64,000 bases of DNA, taken from Takakia lepidozioides. Lineage: Eukaryota > Plantae > Bryophyta. The notes below the pieces were generated by a model. That model ran no database searches, had not been told where the DNA came from, and saw nothing but the letters and a program-made list of their open reading frames with translations. This document shows positions 49,172 to 61,865 of the stretch, in pieces. Made by a program: the position numbers and the translations under genes. Numbering within the stretch: position 1 is the stretch's first letter; each line of letters starts with the position of its first letter. The stretch covers positions 55,676,001 through 55,740,000 of the forward strand of contig CM060734.1 of NCBI GenBank assembly GCA_030704615.1, read 5' to 3'.

Positions 49172-52100
49172 CTCAACCACCTGTATGCCTTTCAGGGCCT
49201 GAGTATCCACTGTTGCTGAATGTTTTGTGCTGGGTCCACATTCATAGTAGCCGTCCTCCGATCTGCAAGTTCTCATTTCCACAGTCAGTGGCAACTTTAA
49301 GGATCAACTCATCTGAACAACTGAAATGTGACAGTGACGCCAGAGAGTGGCTGGATATGGCAGAGATAGATGCATTGACTGCTGCCTTGGTGGGATATGA
49401 CATATGCTGCATCCACGGGGTATGGAACTTATGATCATTCTTGCACAGTGAATCCCTATCTGAATACATTCATTTGAGCTTAATGTAAGCGTTTGCATGT
49501 CCTCCATGCTAGAAAGCATGTGGTTGAAAGAAGCAGGGCTACAGCACATGTCTACCATAGATAGAGATGTCTGTGATTGTGAGCGTTGAACACTCGTGAG
49601 ATTGTTTTGTATGGAGGCAAAATGGAGCAGATCCTTTGTCAGACTTTATAACCTGAACAGCTGCACAAGTGGCTGATGACACCAACCTGTAGCCCCCATG
49701 ACAACACTAAAGCATAGGAAATGAAATGAAATGAAATGGTATTTTATACGCGAAAAGCTCAAAGAGCTTATGGGACAAAATGGAAAAAACATGAGAGGAA
49801 ACAAAACCAGAGCCAAAAAAAGTACTGCTTGAGGGATAGGAAGAAAGATTGAAAGAAAGAAAGGAAGAAGTTTTACAACTTCCAAGAAAAGCTCAAAGGG
49901 CTTGTGGAAAAGAGAAACAGGAAGTGGGGCCCCAAACATTCAGTCACCCAACCATAAAATATACAGTTCAACCTTGAGAGATTCCCCAATTTGGAGGGCC
50001 TTGTGCAAATATACTGCAAGGCATCTCTGATCCTCATAATGGAAAACTTCTGTCAAGGAGTGACTGTCCCTTAAAAGGCAGAAGTAGCAACCGTGGATTT
50101 CAAGGTAGAAAGGACAGCGAAAAAAAAAATGATCTTCAGTCGCAATCTCCAGCCTGCACTGTTTGGCGCAAGCAGGACACAGGCATCCAACTGCTGGCAG
50201 CCTGTCTCACCCGCCGGTCTTCAGACTATGGGATTCCCCATTGAATCATCAGGGTGCCCTTAGTGGATTGAGAGAGGTGTAGAGAAGTAGTTTGGCATTC
50301 AGATTCTGTTCTCAAAAAGAAGGGCTCTACATAAAACCGTATTTTAGATCTGAGTAGGTCTCTGATCTGCAAGGAGAAAGAGGGTGACAGAACGAGATGG
50401 AGCCAGGAAATAAGAAAGGTGTGATGTAAATACCTGAGATGGTCCGACATAAGACTCCGACAATCTGCCCCAGCAGATAGGAAGGCGGATCCCCCTGACA
50501 CGGGCGGCAAAGCAAGCACCCCCGGCAGTTGGGGAGTGGGTCCATTGAGCTCCTCCGTGCAGTACTCAGCAGCTGTCAGGCCTTCCCTGAATCTGAGATC
50601 CAACCCTCTCCCATCTCTAGAAGACTGCAAGCTTGGCAAAGGTTGGCTTAGAGCTGTTGGGATGTTTGTGATCTCTACGTCGGCTGTTTCAGATGCTATT
50701 TTCAAAACCTGCAACAACCCAGAGTTACTGTTAGTATTACATAAACATGACCAACCACATTGCCAGACATGTTAATGGACTGAGGTGCAGATGGCACCCC
50801 AGAATGCTTCTAAACGACTAGTCAGTCTTGGGAAATGTTGTTGAGGTTACCCAAATTGAGTGCCAGGAAGACATACCTCATGACAGCTCCCATCTCCCAC
50901 ATTCCAAAGAACTAGCTTGTGGCAACCCACAGAAGTAAATGGGTGCCCACAGGCTGACGCTGGCGTGGTGGATCCTTGACAAAGAGGACACATGTTCTCA
51001 ACAGGGTAATGAAGGGGATGCTGCCATGCGTCCATGGGGACCTGCATAGAAGTTTGTGCAAAGCTCCAGCAATCAGATCACTTTGGTCAGTAGTAACTGT
51101 ACTCACAGCATCAAGTTGCAAAGTACATATGAAAGAGTCAGTGGAATCACTGACCTGAGAGTGTATGTCCCAAAGTGGTACCCCACGGGATGTTGCAGAT
51201 ACCAGCCAGTTGCAAGCTGGGTTGAGTGACAACACCAACATGAAGCCCTGAGCTCGCTTTTCTTTAAGTGATGACATGTCGGTCTGCACTTGCAGGTCCA
51301 AGAGATGGATCCCTTGTTGTTGTGGGCTGTAAAGCAACTGTGGCAGTCCATCAAGGGAGAAGTTTTGCAACGAAAGAATTGCAACCTGTTGGATATCTAC
51401 CTTGCACATATCCGAAATCCCTGTGCACTGCTCTGCATTGTCCCCCAGGCGGTTGACTGTAACCACACATACAGTTTCATCACTGGATGCTGCACTGACC
51501 TTCTGTCCACTCCCAAGCACTGTCACATGAAGGAGGCGCCCCCCACTATGCAATAGGTAAGTCAGGTGTGACCTGAAGGACATGTTTCCTTCCAGCCAAT
51601 GGCAGTCCCAGATCTTAATGGTCCCATCGTTAGACGCACTAGCAAAAAAGATGTTATCACTAGAAATTGTCACTTCGTTTACAGCACGTTGATGTTCATG
51701 AAGGTGTGCAATCAGAACAGCTCTGGGGCTCCAGGAATTCTCTGCATCTCCAGATGACCCTGAGTGAGCAGTCCCTGCCAGCCCCATGGAAAAATCCATT
51801 CCTGAGATGACAGCAGGGCTGGGCTCACCTGCAATTTCAAATGAGGATGCTAAGCTTGCTTTGCTGGTCGACACACTTGGCATGACACCTCCGAACCCAG
51901 TGACAGGAAAACCCTCTCCTGAAACTTGTTGGGTAGCATCCGCTGCTACTTTGATTTGCTGGGTAGTAGGAGGGCTAATACCCTGGTACACTGACCTGGG
52001 CAGCAGGCGTGGGGCAAATGCGCCTGCCATGGCTGCATGTAACCTTTGCAAAGAGTATTTCACAGAAGGCATCATTAAGTGTGAACCTACCTTAGTCAAA

Positions 52101-55100
52101 TGTGAGGAACCTGAGCCTCCATCCACCCCTTGAGGTACACTACTCTGCCCAACTTGCAACCCCTCCTCCTCTTTCTTGTCCAATGGGGCGGAGTCAGGTG
52201 AAAGATCGTAGTTCAAGTAAAATTCAGTGTCCACACCAACAGCAGATCCTGTTGCTGAGCCTTGCAGCTTCTCCATACTCTCAGTCTCCCAGCTATGCAT
52301 GCGGGTTTCCATAGAGCTTGATGGATTGCAAATGTAGCCCTCAATGACCTTCATCTTCTCTCCATCCTCACCCTCAGCAGAGACTTGGGCAAGGGGTATC
52401 TCAGCAGCTGGGGACACATGCTGGAAATGTGGTGCATGGTTTGCTGCATGTTTGGGTGGACGCTCCTGCAAATTCCCTGTTGCTGCAGATAAACTTCTAC
52501 TGTCTAGTTCCAGTGTTTGTTTCTGTAACCCACCAGGTCTGTTGGAGCTGATACCAATGAGCTCTGGCGGAGGCTGGATTTGGGTAACTTGTTGTCCCTT
52601 ACTTTCCGAGCTACCTTGCTTGGCTGCTGCACCCTCTCTCTCTTTCTGCAGCCGTAGTACATCACTCAACACACGATTGAAAACCTCAAGTGAGACTTGT
52701 GGCTTGAGGCATGCTAGAAGGGCTGCCTCGGAACATAGAGATGCTGGTTCCTGTTGCAAGAAAGGTGCAAGAATGGGGGACAGGAATGCGTGTGAGTCAG
52801 ATTGCTCCAGGTTGGTGCTAGTTGCAGCCACAAAAGTGACAGCTGTCCACCGCACCCACTGGCTCGGGTGGCACAGCAGCGGTGATGCACGCTCCACAAC
52901 TTCCAGTAAAACCCTCTTACAAAGTAGCTGGTGTGTGCACATTGCCACAAGACACTTCAGAACATTCACAATTACTGTTTCATGTACGTCTTTGAGACCC
53001 TGTTCAATGTAGGGGAGTAAGTAGTCCTCCAGGCTAGTTTGTCCCGCAAACAGGCACACATGGACTATATGCTCAAAGAAAACTGCACGTAAATGTTCAT
53101 CCTGGTCATTCAAGAATGCAGGTAGAATCGGCAGCCAAAAAGTATTGCTATAACGGGGCCCAAAGAATCGACAAAGGGGCATTATGTGTTGCAACAAGGC
53201 CCGCCGAATTCTGGATGTTTGTTTCTGACCCATCACTAGCTCTTGTATGATGCGTGCAATAGTTTCCCTCAAGTCGCCCAGCTCGACTTCGTACTGCCCA
53301 ACAGGGTGCCCTGTCATAATCTGCACCTATGCAGACAGCACTTTGTTTAGTATTTCTGAGGCCATGAGACATGTATAACAGCATACACCCCATGTAGACT
53401 TGAGAATGTGACTTAAGGAACAAGTCAACGTATGAATGTGTACTATAAGATGTGAAAAGAGCTATGAAGGCATGCACAGCTACATTCTTCCTCACATCCA
53501 ACATGAAAATAACACAGCGACAAAGGTGAGAGATATGGTTTGGCAGTTGACACCCAGTGTCTTTTGGTTCGTGTGTTTTGCGGGGCAGCACACCTCACCC
53601 TTCCACTGGTTTGATGGTTCTCTTAGTCAAGTGGTTCCTCAAAGAGCGGTGGAGCTGCACCATGATTGCTAAAATGCTAACACCTATTGTTAGAAAAACA
53701 AAACGAAAATATGGACAGATAAAATCTGGATTTCATGGTGCAGAAGGCAGGCGGCAAAAAAAAAGGTACTGAAGCATGACAAGCTTACTTGGCAAGCACA
53801 TATCTACTGCTGGAATGAAAGAGAGTGAAATTCTAACCCGTGAGCTTGGGGAACTGGTCCCCTTCTCCAGAGTGGTCTGTTTAGTGTGGCCTTGATTGGC
53901 AGACACATCCATGGAACCACCAATCTCAGTCAGATATACTGAGCCCACCAGAAACTTGTGGGATGACTCAGCTATCTTGTGGATGTTAGCAGCATATGCA
54001 ATCCGAACGCTCTCCTCTGGATCATCTGGCAGCATTGAAAGCAAGGGCAGAATATATTGAGGGAAGATTTTTTCATCACTGGGCGGGAAATGCTGCACCA
54101 TAGTTAGAATATTGCAGAGGGTTTGGAGGGCTGCACAGCGAACCGCTGCTGCTGAGTCTGACAGAAGGGCAATAACAAAGGGAATCACAAGCTGAAGGCG
54201 CGCATCGTCATCTAAGTAGAGAGAGCAGTCATAGAGCAACTGGATGGCCCCTTGCTTTGCCTGGGGCAGTTTAACATTCCGCAAGCACGCACACAAGAGG
54301 GAGGCAATCAGCACCATGCCTTCACACTTCAGGGCCTGATTCCACCCAATCTCCAGATCAGGATCTGAGATTTCTGGTGATTGCAGTGAAACTTCCCCTA
54401 CTTTGAAATCCAGCAGAGTTTGTGGAGCACGGTTTGAAGGCGATACCAGAATTGGGTAACGGGGTTGGACTGGACGTTGGCAGATCCACTGCCTTTGTCT
54501 CCAGACACAATCAGGGGTACAGGCAGCTGTCCATCCATGCATCCCAGAGCCACCCCAATTCTCTGAACCTTTTTTCTTGGAAGAACCTCCCTCTCCTCTG
54601 GCCTTCAGACATGCAGCTGCCTCGCTCTTGGAGCCAGCTCCCATTTCGGGCTTAGAATCCACAATGCTCATTTTGCAGTACTTCCACCCTTCCTCATCAG
54701 CTCCCACCCCTGACAACATAAACATAATGTACTCATAAGACGTTGTTTTCCGTAGCCTTGTGGCCATAGACCCTGCACCCAGTTGGGGCAGAACAAGAGG
54801 GAACAGACACTACGTTTGTGAGGGTCTCACACTCCAGTAGTGGGACTTACCTTGATATAAACAATTAATTCAGGCTTTCCAGATTTCCTCTAGAAAGCTC
54901 TTCACACAAGCATCAATCTGCTGTGTGCGAGCTGCCCAGCAATTAGACCCCAGCAGGGCCAAGGCTTTATGTTCAGCCTCAAGATGTTGAAATTTGGTGA
55001 ACAGAGGTGCAGGGACTATGTTCTTGATGGTCCTGAAGAGGGTCACTCTCTGATGAGAGACATTGTAATAGAAAATAGATATTGTCTTCAGGGCGCCTGC

Positions 55101-58100
55101 ACACCGGGCATTGACAATGTCCCTTTCCTCTCATCCGTTTATTGCTCAAAAGTAGACTCCCCACCCTGAGTTAAAATTTCAGCAGTGCCAAGGCTGCCCT
55201 TCACTCACCCATGTCACAAACTGGAAACCAGTTTAGGGTTTTATGCCTAACTTTTGTTCGGACATTCTGCATGCTTCCAACATGACCTTAGACACGTCAG
55301 TTCCAAGTCAGCTTCATCTAGGCAGGGTCAGTTCCTCCTGCCTAATATTCAGGTACTTGAAATCTCCTCTTCCCTTTCCGCCAGGGCTTCACCTGTTTAA
55401 CAGGACAGTTTTGCTTCCAAGAAATAGATTCGATCATCTTAGGGTATCTGGTATTAGGCATGTGATTCAACGGACCCCACCATCTGACCTTGAACTCATC
55501 ACGGGCTCAAGGGCGATACGCCAACTCGCCCCGGACAGCCACATTAGCTGTTCTAGAGCACGCTGGTATGCCCTCTTTGAGCACTGAAATGGATTCCAAA
55601 GTTTAAGCATGGTTGATGCTTACTCCAGGGTAGGCCTAACGACGTTGCAAAGGATGGTCCTTTTAACTTCAGTATTTAAAATTGAGTGAGACCCGAAGCT
55701 TTGCGTTTAGCTGTTTGAACCACTTTCTCTATGTGCGCATCCTAGTTACAATCGAGGAAATCCCAATACCACATAAACATAGAAGAGCAGTGAGGGTCCT
55801 AAAGTAGCAAAATGCAGATAGTCAGAGATAGATGAACATGCTACACACCGCTATGGGCCCAATTGGAGTCCCCTTCCCAGTCCCCTTCAAATTTCCATCC
55901 CCCTTCCAAAGGTAGTGTCATGTACTCTTTGAGAGGGCCAGACCTCGCCATCCCATAGTTTACTGCAGTTGCTTTGCCCCGGTGAAAGGAGCATTCACTG
56001 AAAGTGGCCCCAGGTTCCCTGACCTGGTTCTCATATACCTGCAGTTTGGACCCACTAGTTTGAGTCCTTATCCAACAAGGACAAAACAAAACAGATAAAG
56101 GAAAAAGGAAGGGAACTTGAGAGAGAAATAAATTTGTAAGTCTGCCTAAGGGACACAAGGAGAAGACAGAAAACAAAAGCCAGAAAACAAAACATATAAA
56201 GAAACTAAGAAACAAATTTTATTACGTCCGTACCGAGGCCCAAAGGACACAAGTAGACTACCAAAGAACTCATGGTAGAATTAGGAAACCAAGAAAACTC
56301 AGGGCCAAAAGATTACAAGAAGGCGGAGTGCCTTACGTAGGTAAGACACTAGGCACTTCAGGTCCTCGTAGAAGCCTCCTACTAGGATGGAGAATTTCTA
56401 AACACCAGTAGCTGCCAAAGACTTTTAGTATGCAGTGCACAAAAAGATGAAATGATGCTATGTCCACTTTACCTGTGGTACAAATTGGGCAGATCACACA
56501 GCACATCATGGAACCCCAAAAAACAACTAGAAGGATAGACATTGGACTTTGCTCATTGATAGATCCCTCCAAAAAAATAAGTGGTTTTAGATAGAACTAT
56601 CATGAACACTAAAGGTGGAAGGAACCTTACCATTACCTCCTCTGTAACAACCTCTTCAACTGCAGAAGCTGTTGCATCTTTGACCCGATTCAATGATCCC
56701 AAGTGCAGAGACCTCATCTGCCCCTCGAGAGTGAATTGTGCTCCATCCTTACTGGGAGAGCAGTCATCTACTAAAAACTCTCCAGCTGGTTGTTCTTTCC
56801 TTTCAGGAGATAATACACAGGGCCATTTCAAGGAGATCAAGTCAGATATGCCCCCTACTTCCAGAGACTCGTTCTTTTGGGTATCGGCAAGCATTTGCTT
56901 GTGGATCTCCGGGAAAGCCTCCTGTGTGATGGCCACCTGTCCACAGAAGTATATTCAGAGGTATCAACTGCACATATAGAGTCTCCATTTCAGCACGGAA
57001 GCAAGAAATGGAATGAAATGAAATGGTACTTTATAACGTCCGCGGAAAGCTCAAAGAGCTTATGGAAAAACAAGAGAGAGGAAACAAAACCAGAGCCAGA
57101 AAACGAAAGAGAAGAAGCAAGGACTTCATGTTGACAGAAGCCTGGGCAATGAAATGGTACTTTATAACGTCCGCGAAAAGCTCAAAGAGCTTATGGGACA
57201 AAAGGGAGAAAGAACTTACAACATCCCACTTTTCTGTCTTGTTTTCTTTTCTCCTTTGTCCCATAAGTTCTTCCACAGCAACCAGACCTCTATAACCACT
57301 GGGCTAGCATTAAATGACAGAAGTGCCCCTCATGATAGGGGGCAGCAGAATAAGTGCTCTGATTCTATCTCTGGCCTTGACCCTCTTGGTGAAACACGAC
57401 TGAGGCAGGTTCAATGAAATGAAATGGTGCTTTATAACGTCCGCAGAAAGCTCATAGAGCTTATGGGACAAAATGGAAGAAAACATGAGAGAGGAAACAA
57501 AACCAGAACCCAAGAATAAGAACTGACGTTCTAGCAATTGTCTAAGGGTGAAGGCCTCGTGCAGGTAGGCTGCCAAGCATTTTTCAGTTTCAATTTCCTG
57601 GCTGCGCCCTATGCAAGCTGGACATAGGCGGTCCGTAGGTTGTCGGAACCCACCCTGAACCGCCCCAATGCCCTCAGGAGGGAAGGAGATAAGGATGCTG
57701 AAAGGTATTTGGCCTCAAGATTCTATCATCTCGGAGCACGAAGAATGTCTCTCGATAGAAGTGGAGCTTTGTCGTGAGATTGGGTAGCTTCCAAGAGAGA
57801 AAACGAGAGAGAGACTGCACCAGGATGAAAAATGACTCACTCTTGCATCGGTATCCAGTGGTACAAGGCACGAGAAAAACTCGTGCAAAAGCGGTGAGAA
57901 GTAATCTGGAAACACTGCTGGGGCCCACATCTGAAGGTACTCGACTGGTGACAATCGTGCCTCTGGGTTGAGTTGTATCATGTGCAGAATCATGTCCCGG
58001 ACTCCTGGATCTGAAATCTGCGAATGACACCATAGAGGATGGTAAGCACGCCCTGAGGAGGAAGAGACTAAGACTGGCCCAGACTGCCTTTGAAGAAGAC

Positions 58101-61100
58101 CAATCATACACTAGCCCACCCATGTATGCATTGACTGTTCCCTCTGAACATTGTCTACAATATACAAGTGATGGCATAGTTCCTGCAGGACTCCAGCTCT
58201 GAAGCAGGTTCCTGAAAGATAATAATACTCCTAGTGCCAGCTACTCCAAGTCACCACATGAAATCACTGGAGCAGCCGTCCACAACCAGTGACACTTTGG
58301 TTACAGGGAATCAAGGGTTGATGTATGGGCACCACAGTTAAATGTTGCACACAATTTATCCAACAACAGCTAAAAGTTAGCTCATGTTGGCAATTAGGTA
58401 GTTAAAAACTAAACCTTGTTAATAAACCCATCCCTAAGAGCCCTGTAAGATTCATCAGGTGCTAATAAAGGACTGTTGAAACACACAACCTGTGGTTGAG
58501 GAGAGATGTTTGAACCTTCTCAAGTGAGGGGCCTGGGTCATACTGCCCTCTGCGATACGCCAGTAGCTGCGACAGATCAAAAAGCGCTTTCCCTTCCAGA
58601 AATACCTCCCCTATCACACACCTGATGATAGGAGCCATGTATAGTACAGCACTGAGCAGTGAACGAAGGAACTTAATAAACAAAGCTCCTAAGAAAAGGA
58701 GAGTCAAGTTTTCACATTCTATAATGCAGCTACATTTTTCAGAGTAACACAGGAGACCAGAAATTGAAAGTATTGTTTATCATTTTGTGAAGAGGAATAC
58801 AGTTGGCTCAAAATGCTAATAGAGGGTCATAGTGGAGACAATCATTGGATTTCAAGGACTTTTTAATAACTGCTAATGCAAAGCATCATATCCTTAGAGT
58901 AGCAGTAACGTGTGATGTCCCGGGACAAATCCACGATAAGAGAAACCTTGAGCTATAGGCTCTGGCACCCTAAACACTAAATACCTCAGCTATTGATGTA
59001 TCCAGACATATTTTGATCTAGTAACAGATGTCAGCTCAGTATCAGGCGGACACTGGAGGATTCACCCCCCTTGTGAACGGCCATTTGAGCTGCACGAACC
59101 TGGTTCTCAATCTCAACATGACCTCACACCATTGCTCACTCAGATTCTGACCACAGGCTCAAAGATTTACCCAAGAGAGAAGATGTCCATAGCTGGCCTC
59201 AGAGGGGTATCAGGGGTCACTAGCAGATCACTGTTTGGCTCATAAAATCGCTGCACAACCCCATCAGACCTTTCAATCAGCTACAAAATGGCAGCAGTGT
59301 GCTCTTCCCACAACTCAAAACCAGTGATTGACATAAAGCTAGAGGACACTGACAGAGAGAAGAAGAAATTTACTGTGTGCAGAGAAGGCCCAGAGGGCTA
59401 ATTGCCTGAGCGAGCTAGACACCGTGCATGTTTAGCACGAGCATCTGTATCTTGAACACAAGCACCTACTTCAAATCATGAGAAATCCCAAGCACTTATC
59501 AAGTAGGCAACAGAACCTTTGAAAATCACATGCACCGAGTGTCCTCAAAAGGTCCTAATGTACTTCACATTTTCTGGTCATCTAGAGAAACTTAAATCCA
59601 CTTGTAATACAACCAAGGAATTCAAAAAAATATCTGCAGTGCCATGCCAGAGACAGTAGCAGAAGAGAAAAGCAGAGAGGTGCCATCGAGTGAGGGAGAA
59701 AGAATTCCATGTCCAACGGTAAGAGCATAAATGGCTCCGCCAAACCTCAGGTGCTAGATAGCAACGACGACGCCCTCCTGTGTCAAAATAAAAGGAGAAA
59801 TCGGAGGGATTGTCCGCCGGTAAATACGTTGGCTTTAATGAGCAATAGTAGTCCGCAAGATACACCCAGTTCCATGATGTAAGTAGAATATTCTCGCACT
59901 TAATGTCTCCTGCCAAATAGCCAATATATCATACATTTTTGCATTGTTCAAGATTGGTGCTGTATACCTTTTGCTCAGATCTTCATATCTAAATTGTTGG
60001 AGTGCTCTTTAGAATTGGTTTCTACTTAATAGTTAGTTGAGGCACTGCATTGGTGGCAGGCTTTACGACTGGAACAGGCAGATGCCCTGACATTTTGCGG
60101 TTTAACAAGTTCTAACAATAATCAATTTACAAAATGCATAGATCTTCAAGGTGTAGGCAAACGACAATCACTTTCCTCACTTGAAACAAAACTGTGTTTG
60201 CTCGTAATCTTATAGCAAGAGTGACATGAGAAGTTTTGAGAAACCACACCGTGACAGACTCCATGCTCGTGGCTTTGCTTCAGGGCATGTAGTAACTGCA
60301 AGAGAACACTTCTCTCCTTTAGTCTGACTCTCAGTAGAACCACAGTACATTGTAATCAACATCATGCTTACTTGAACGATGTCAAGGCCAGCCTGTAACT
60401 GGATTGACATTATGAGTGCTAGGAAAGTTTCAGGCTCACTTTCATATCCTGATGTGTCAAATCCTGACACAGACTAGGTTAGAAGGCCTAGATTAGAGGC
60501 TAAGCAAGGCTGGAAATAGAAAGTCAGATCAGAAGCTGAAGGTGAACAGTCAGAATGGCAAAGGCCAAGGGTTAGGCCTTTGGGTAGCAGTAAGGGAATG
60601 CAGGGTATTGGTCATTATTCAAAACTGCCTACATAATTACCTGGAACGCCAGCCATTTTTTCTCAGTTAGGCTGAGAAATGGGCGGGTACTGATGCGGTC
60701 AAGCAGATTACTGAAGAAATATTGTCGCAGCAGATAAGCCGCCTTGTCTGTCTCCAGCCAATACTGAAGATGCCCAAACCATGCATTTGTTGTAAGAGAA
60801 TGCAACGTTTCCAAGCTTTGTGCATTGAATGTTTGCAACGGCAAGAAACCATTATATCCGAATTACGGGTTAATGTTTGAAAGACACCCAGAGACAAATG
60901 CAGTCTTTACCTTATGAGGGTCACGCACCAAGTAACAGACCATCAACATCATCATGCACAGTATGATGACTGCTACAACTCCCTGACCGTGGAAGATGAT
61001 CATGACATGAATACAACATGGGCATTTATCTATGCAAGTATTCCAGCAGTGAGTTTGTACTGTAGTACCAGACATAGTTGAAAATGAGCTATGATGTTGG

Positions 61101-61865
61101 GATATAAATCAGACTTTTCTGCATTCAAGCATAACACGCTAGAGAAGAGACTAAGTGCCAGCATTTCAATTTTAGCAGTGTATCAGAGAGATGTCCCATA
61201 GCTGCAGGGGAACAAGAATCTCAAGAGAGAGCACTGAAGGAGGGAATACATTGCTGTATCAGGGAGGAACAAGTAATATACTTACTTGAAAAGGCCACAC
61301 ATGTGAATATTCAATGTCCTTAAGCTGCTCTCGTATCTCATGTAACTGCCTAGCATATTCCTGCCACATGCACACACACAAGATAATCCATGTTACTGCT
61401 TTGATTTGGATTTGAAAAGTCTTCTGGCTATAGATATTTGTGTGTGTGTGTGTGTGTGTGGGTGCACTTGGCTGTCTGTGTCAGAAAAGAGTGAGAAGGA
61501 CATTGATGAAGAAGGAAACTTTAACAGCCACATAAAGCCGCAAGGGCCCATGGGACAGGTAGACAGTGAAAATTTCTTGTTTTGCGTAGTGATCAAGGTT
61601 ATGGATCTTTTTACATTTGATCAGGGAGGGAGAGACAGCTCCTTGAGGCAGCAAAGGCTAGAAAATGCACCTTGAGATCAGGGAACTCCCCTCGCTTGAA
61701 GTACACCTTGACCAATAGAAGGCCTTCGTCGTGAAAACACACTATGGATTTGAGGAACCGACCACCTCCCAAAGCCTCCTTCAACACTAGATTGTAGGAA
61801 GATGGCAGGTCCTGCAAGTAGTCTGATGCCAGCACCTGGGTGGTTCGGGTTAGCTTATTCCCCAT
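49172..61865 (-). CDS. VPS15: Phosphoinositide 3-kinase regulatory subunit VPS15/PIK3R4 (kinase-HEAT-WD40), divergent; 3' terminal exon not identified
   Basis: [12 protein letters not shown]-terminus at 61865. Exons 61865-61671, 61360-61286, 60763-60641, ~60295-60250, ~59908-59746 ([15 protein letters not shown]...CYLAPE), ~59251-59172, ~58621-58516, ~58017-57841, ~56936-56631, ~56038-55849, 54709-~53838 (HEAT), 53326-~51154 (HEAT/WD40), ~51041-50877, ~50708-50434 and 49262-49172. Confidence 0.88.
49718..49930 (-). mobile_element. (CATTT)n-tailed short retroelement in a VPS15 intron
   Basis: Plus strand GAAATGAAATGAAATGAAATGGTATTTTATACGCGAAAAGCTCAAAGAGCTTATGGGACAAAA..., homologous to the 57.0-57.5 kb copies. 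Confidence 0.7.
54727..55770 (-). mobile_element. 5'-truncated, decayed copy of the RTEX-like LINE with an 11-bp TSD, in a VPS15 intron
   Basis: Reverse complement of the LINE from ~3795 to its TATGAGTACAT end; ACATAAACATA is duplicated at 54716-54726 and 55771-55781. Confidence 0.88.
57006..57525 (-). mobile_element. Cluster of three (CATTT)n-tailed short retroelement copies in one VPS15 intron
   Basis: AATGAAATGGTRCTTTATAACGTCCGC..AAAGCTCAWAGAGCTTATGG occurs at ~57017, ~57148 and ~57418. Confidence 0.78.
61438..61460. repeat. (TG)n microsatellite in VPS15 intron 1
   Basis: Direct reading. Confidence 0.9.

Noticed and set aside
52344-53012. 222-aa plus-strand ORF (also 4133-4720 on the minus strand)
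   Set aside because: Antisense shadows of the VPS15 exon and the LINE ORF.
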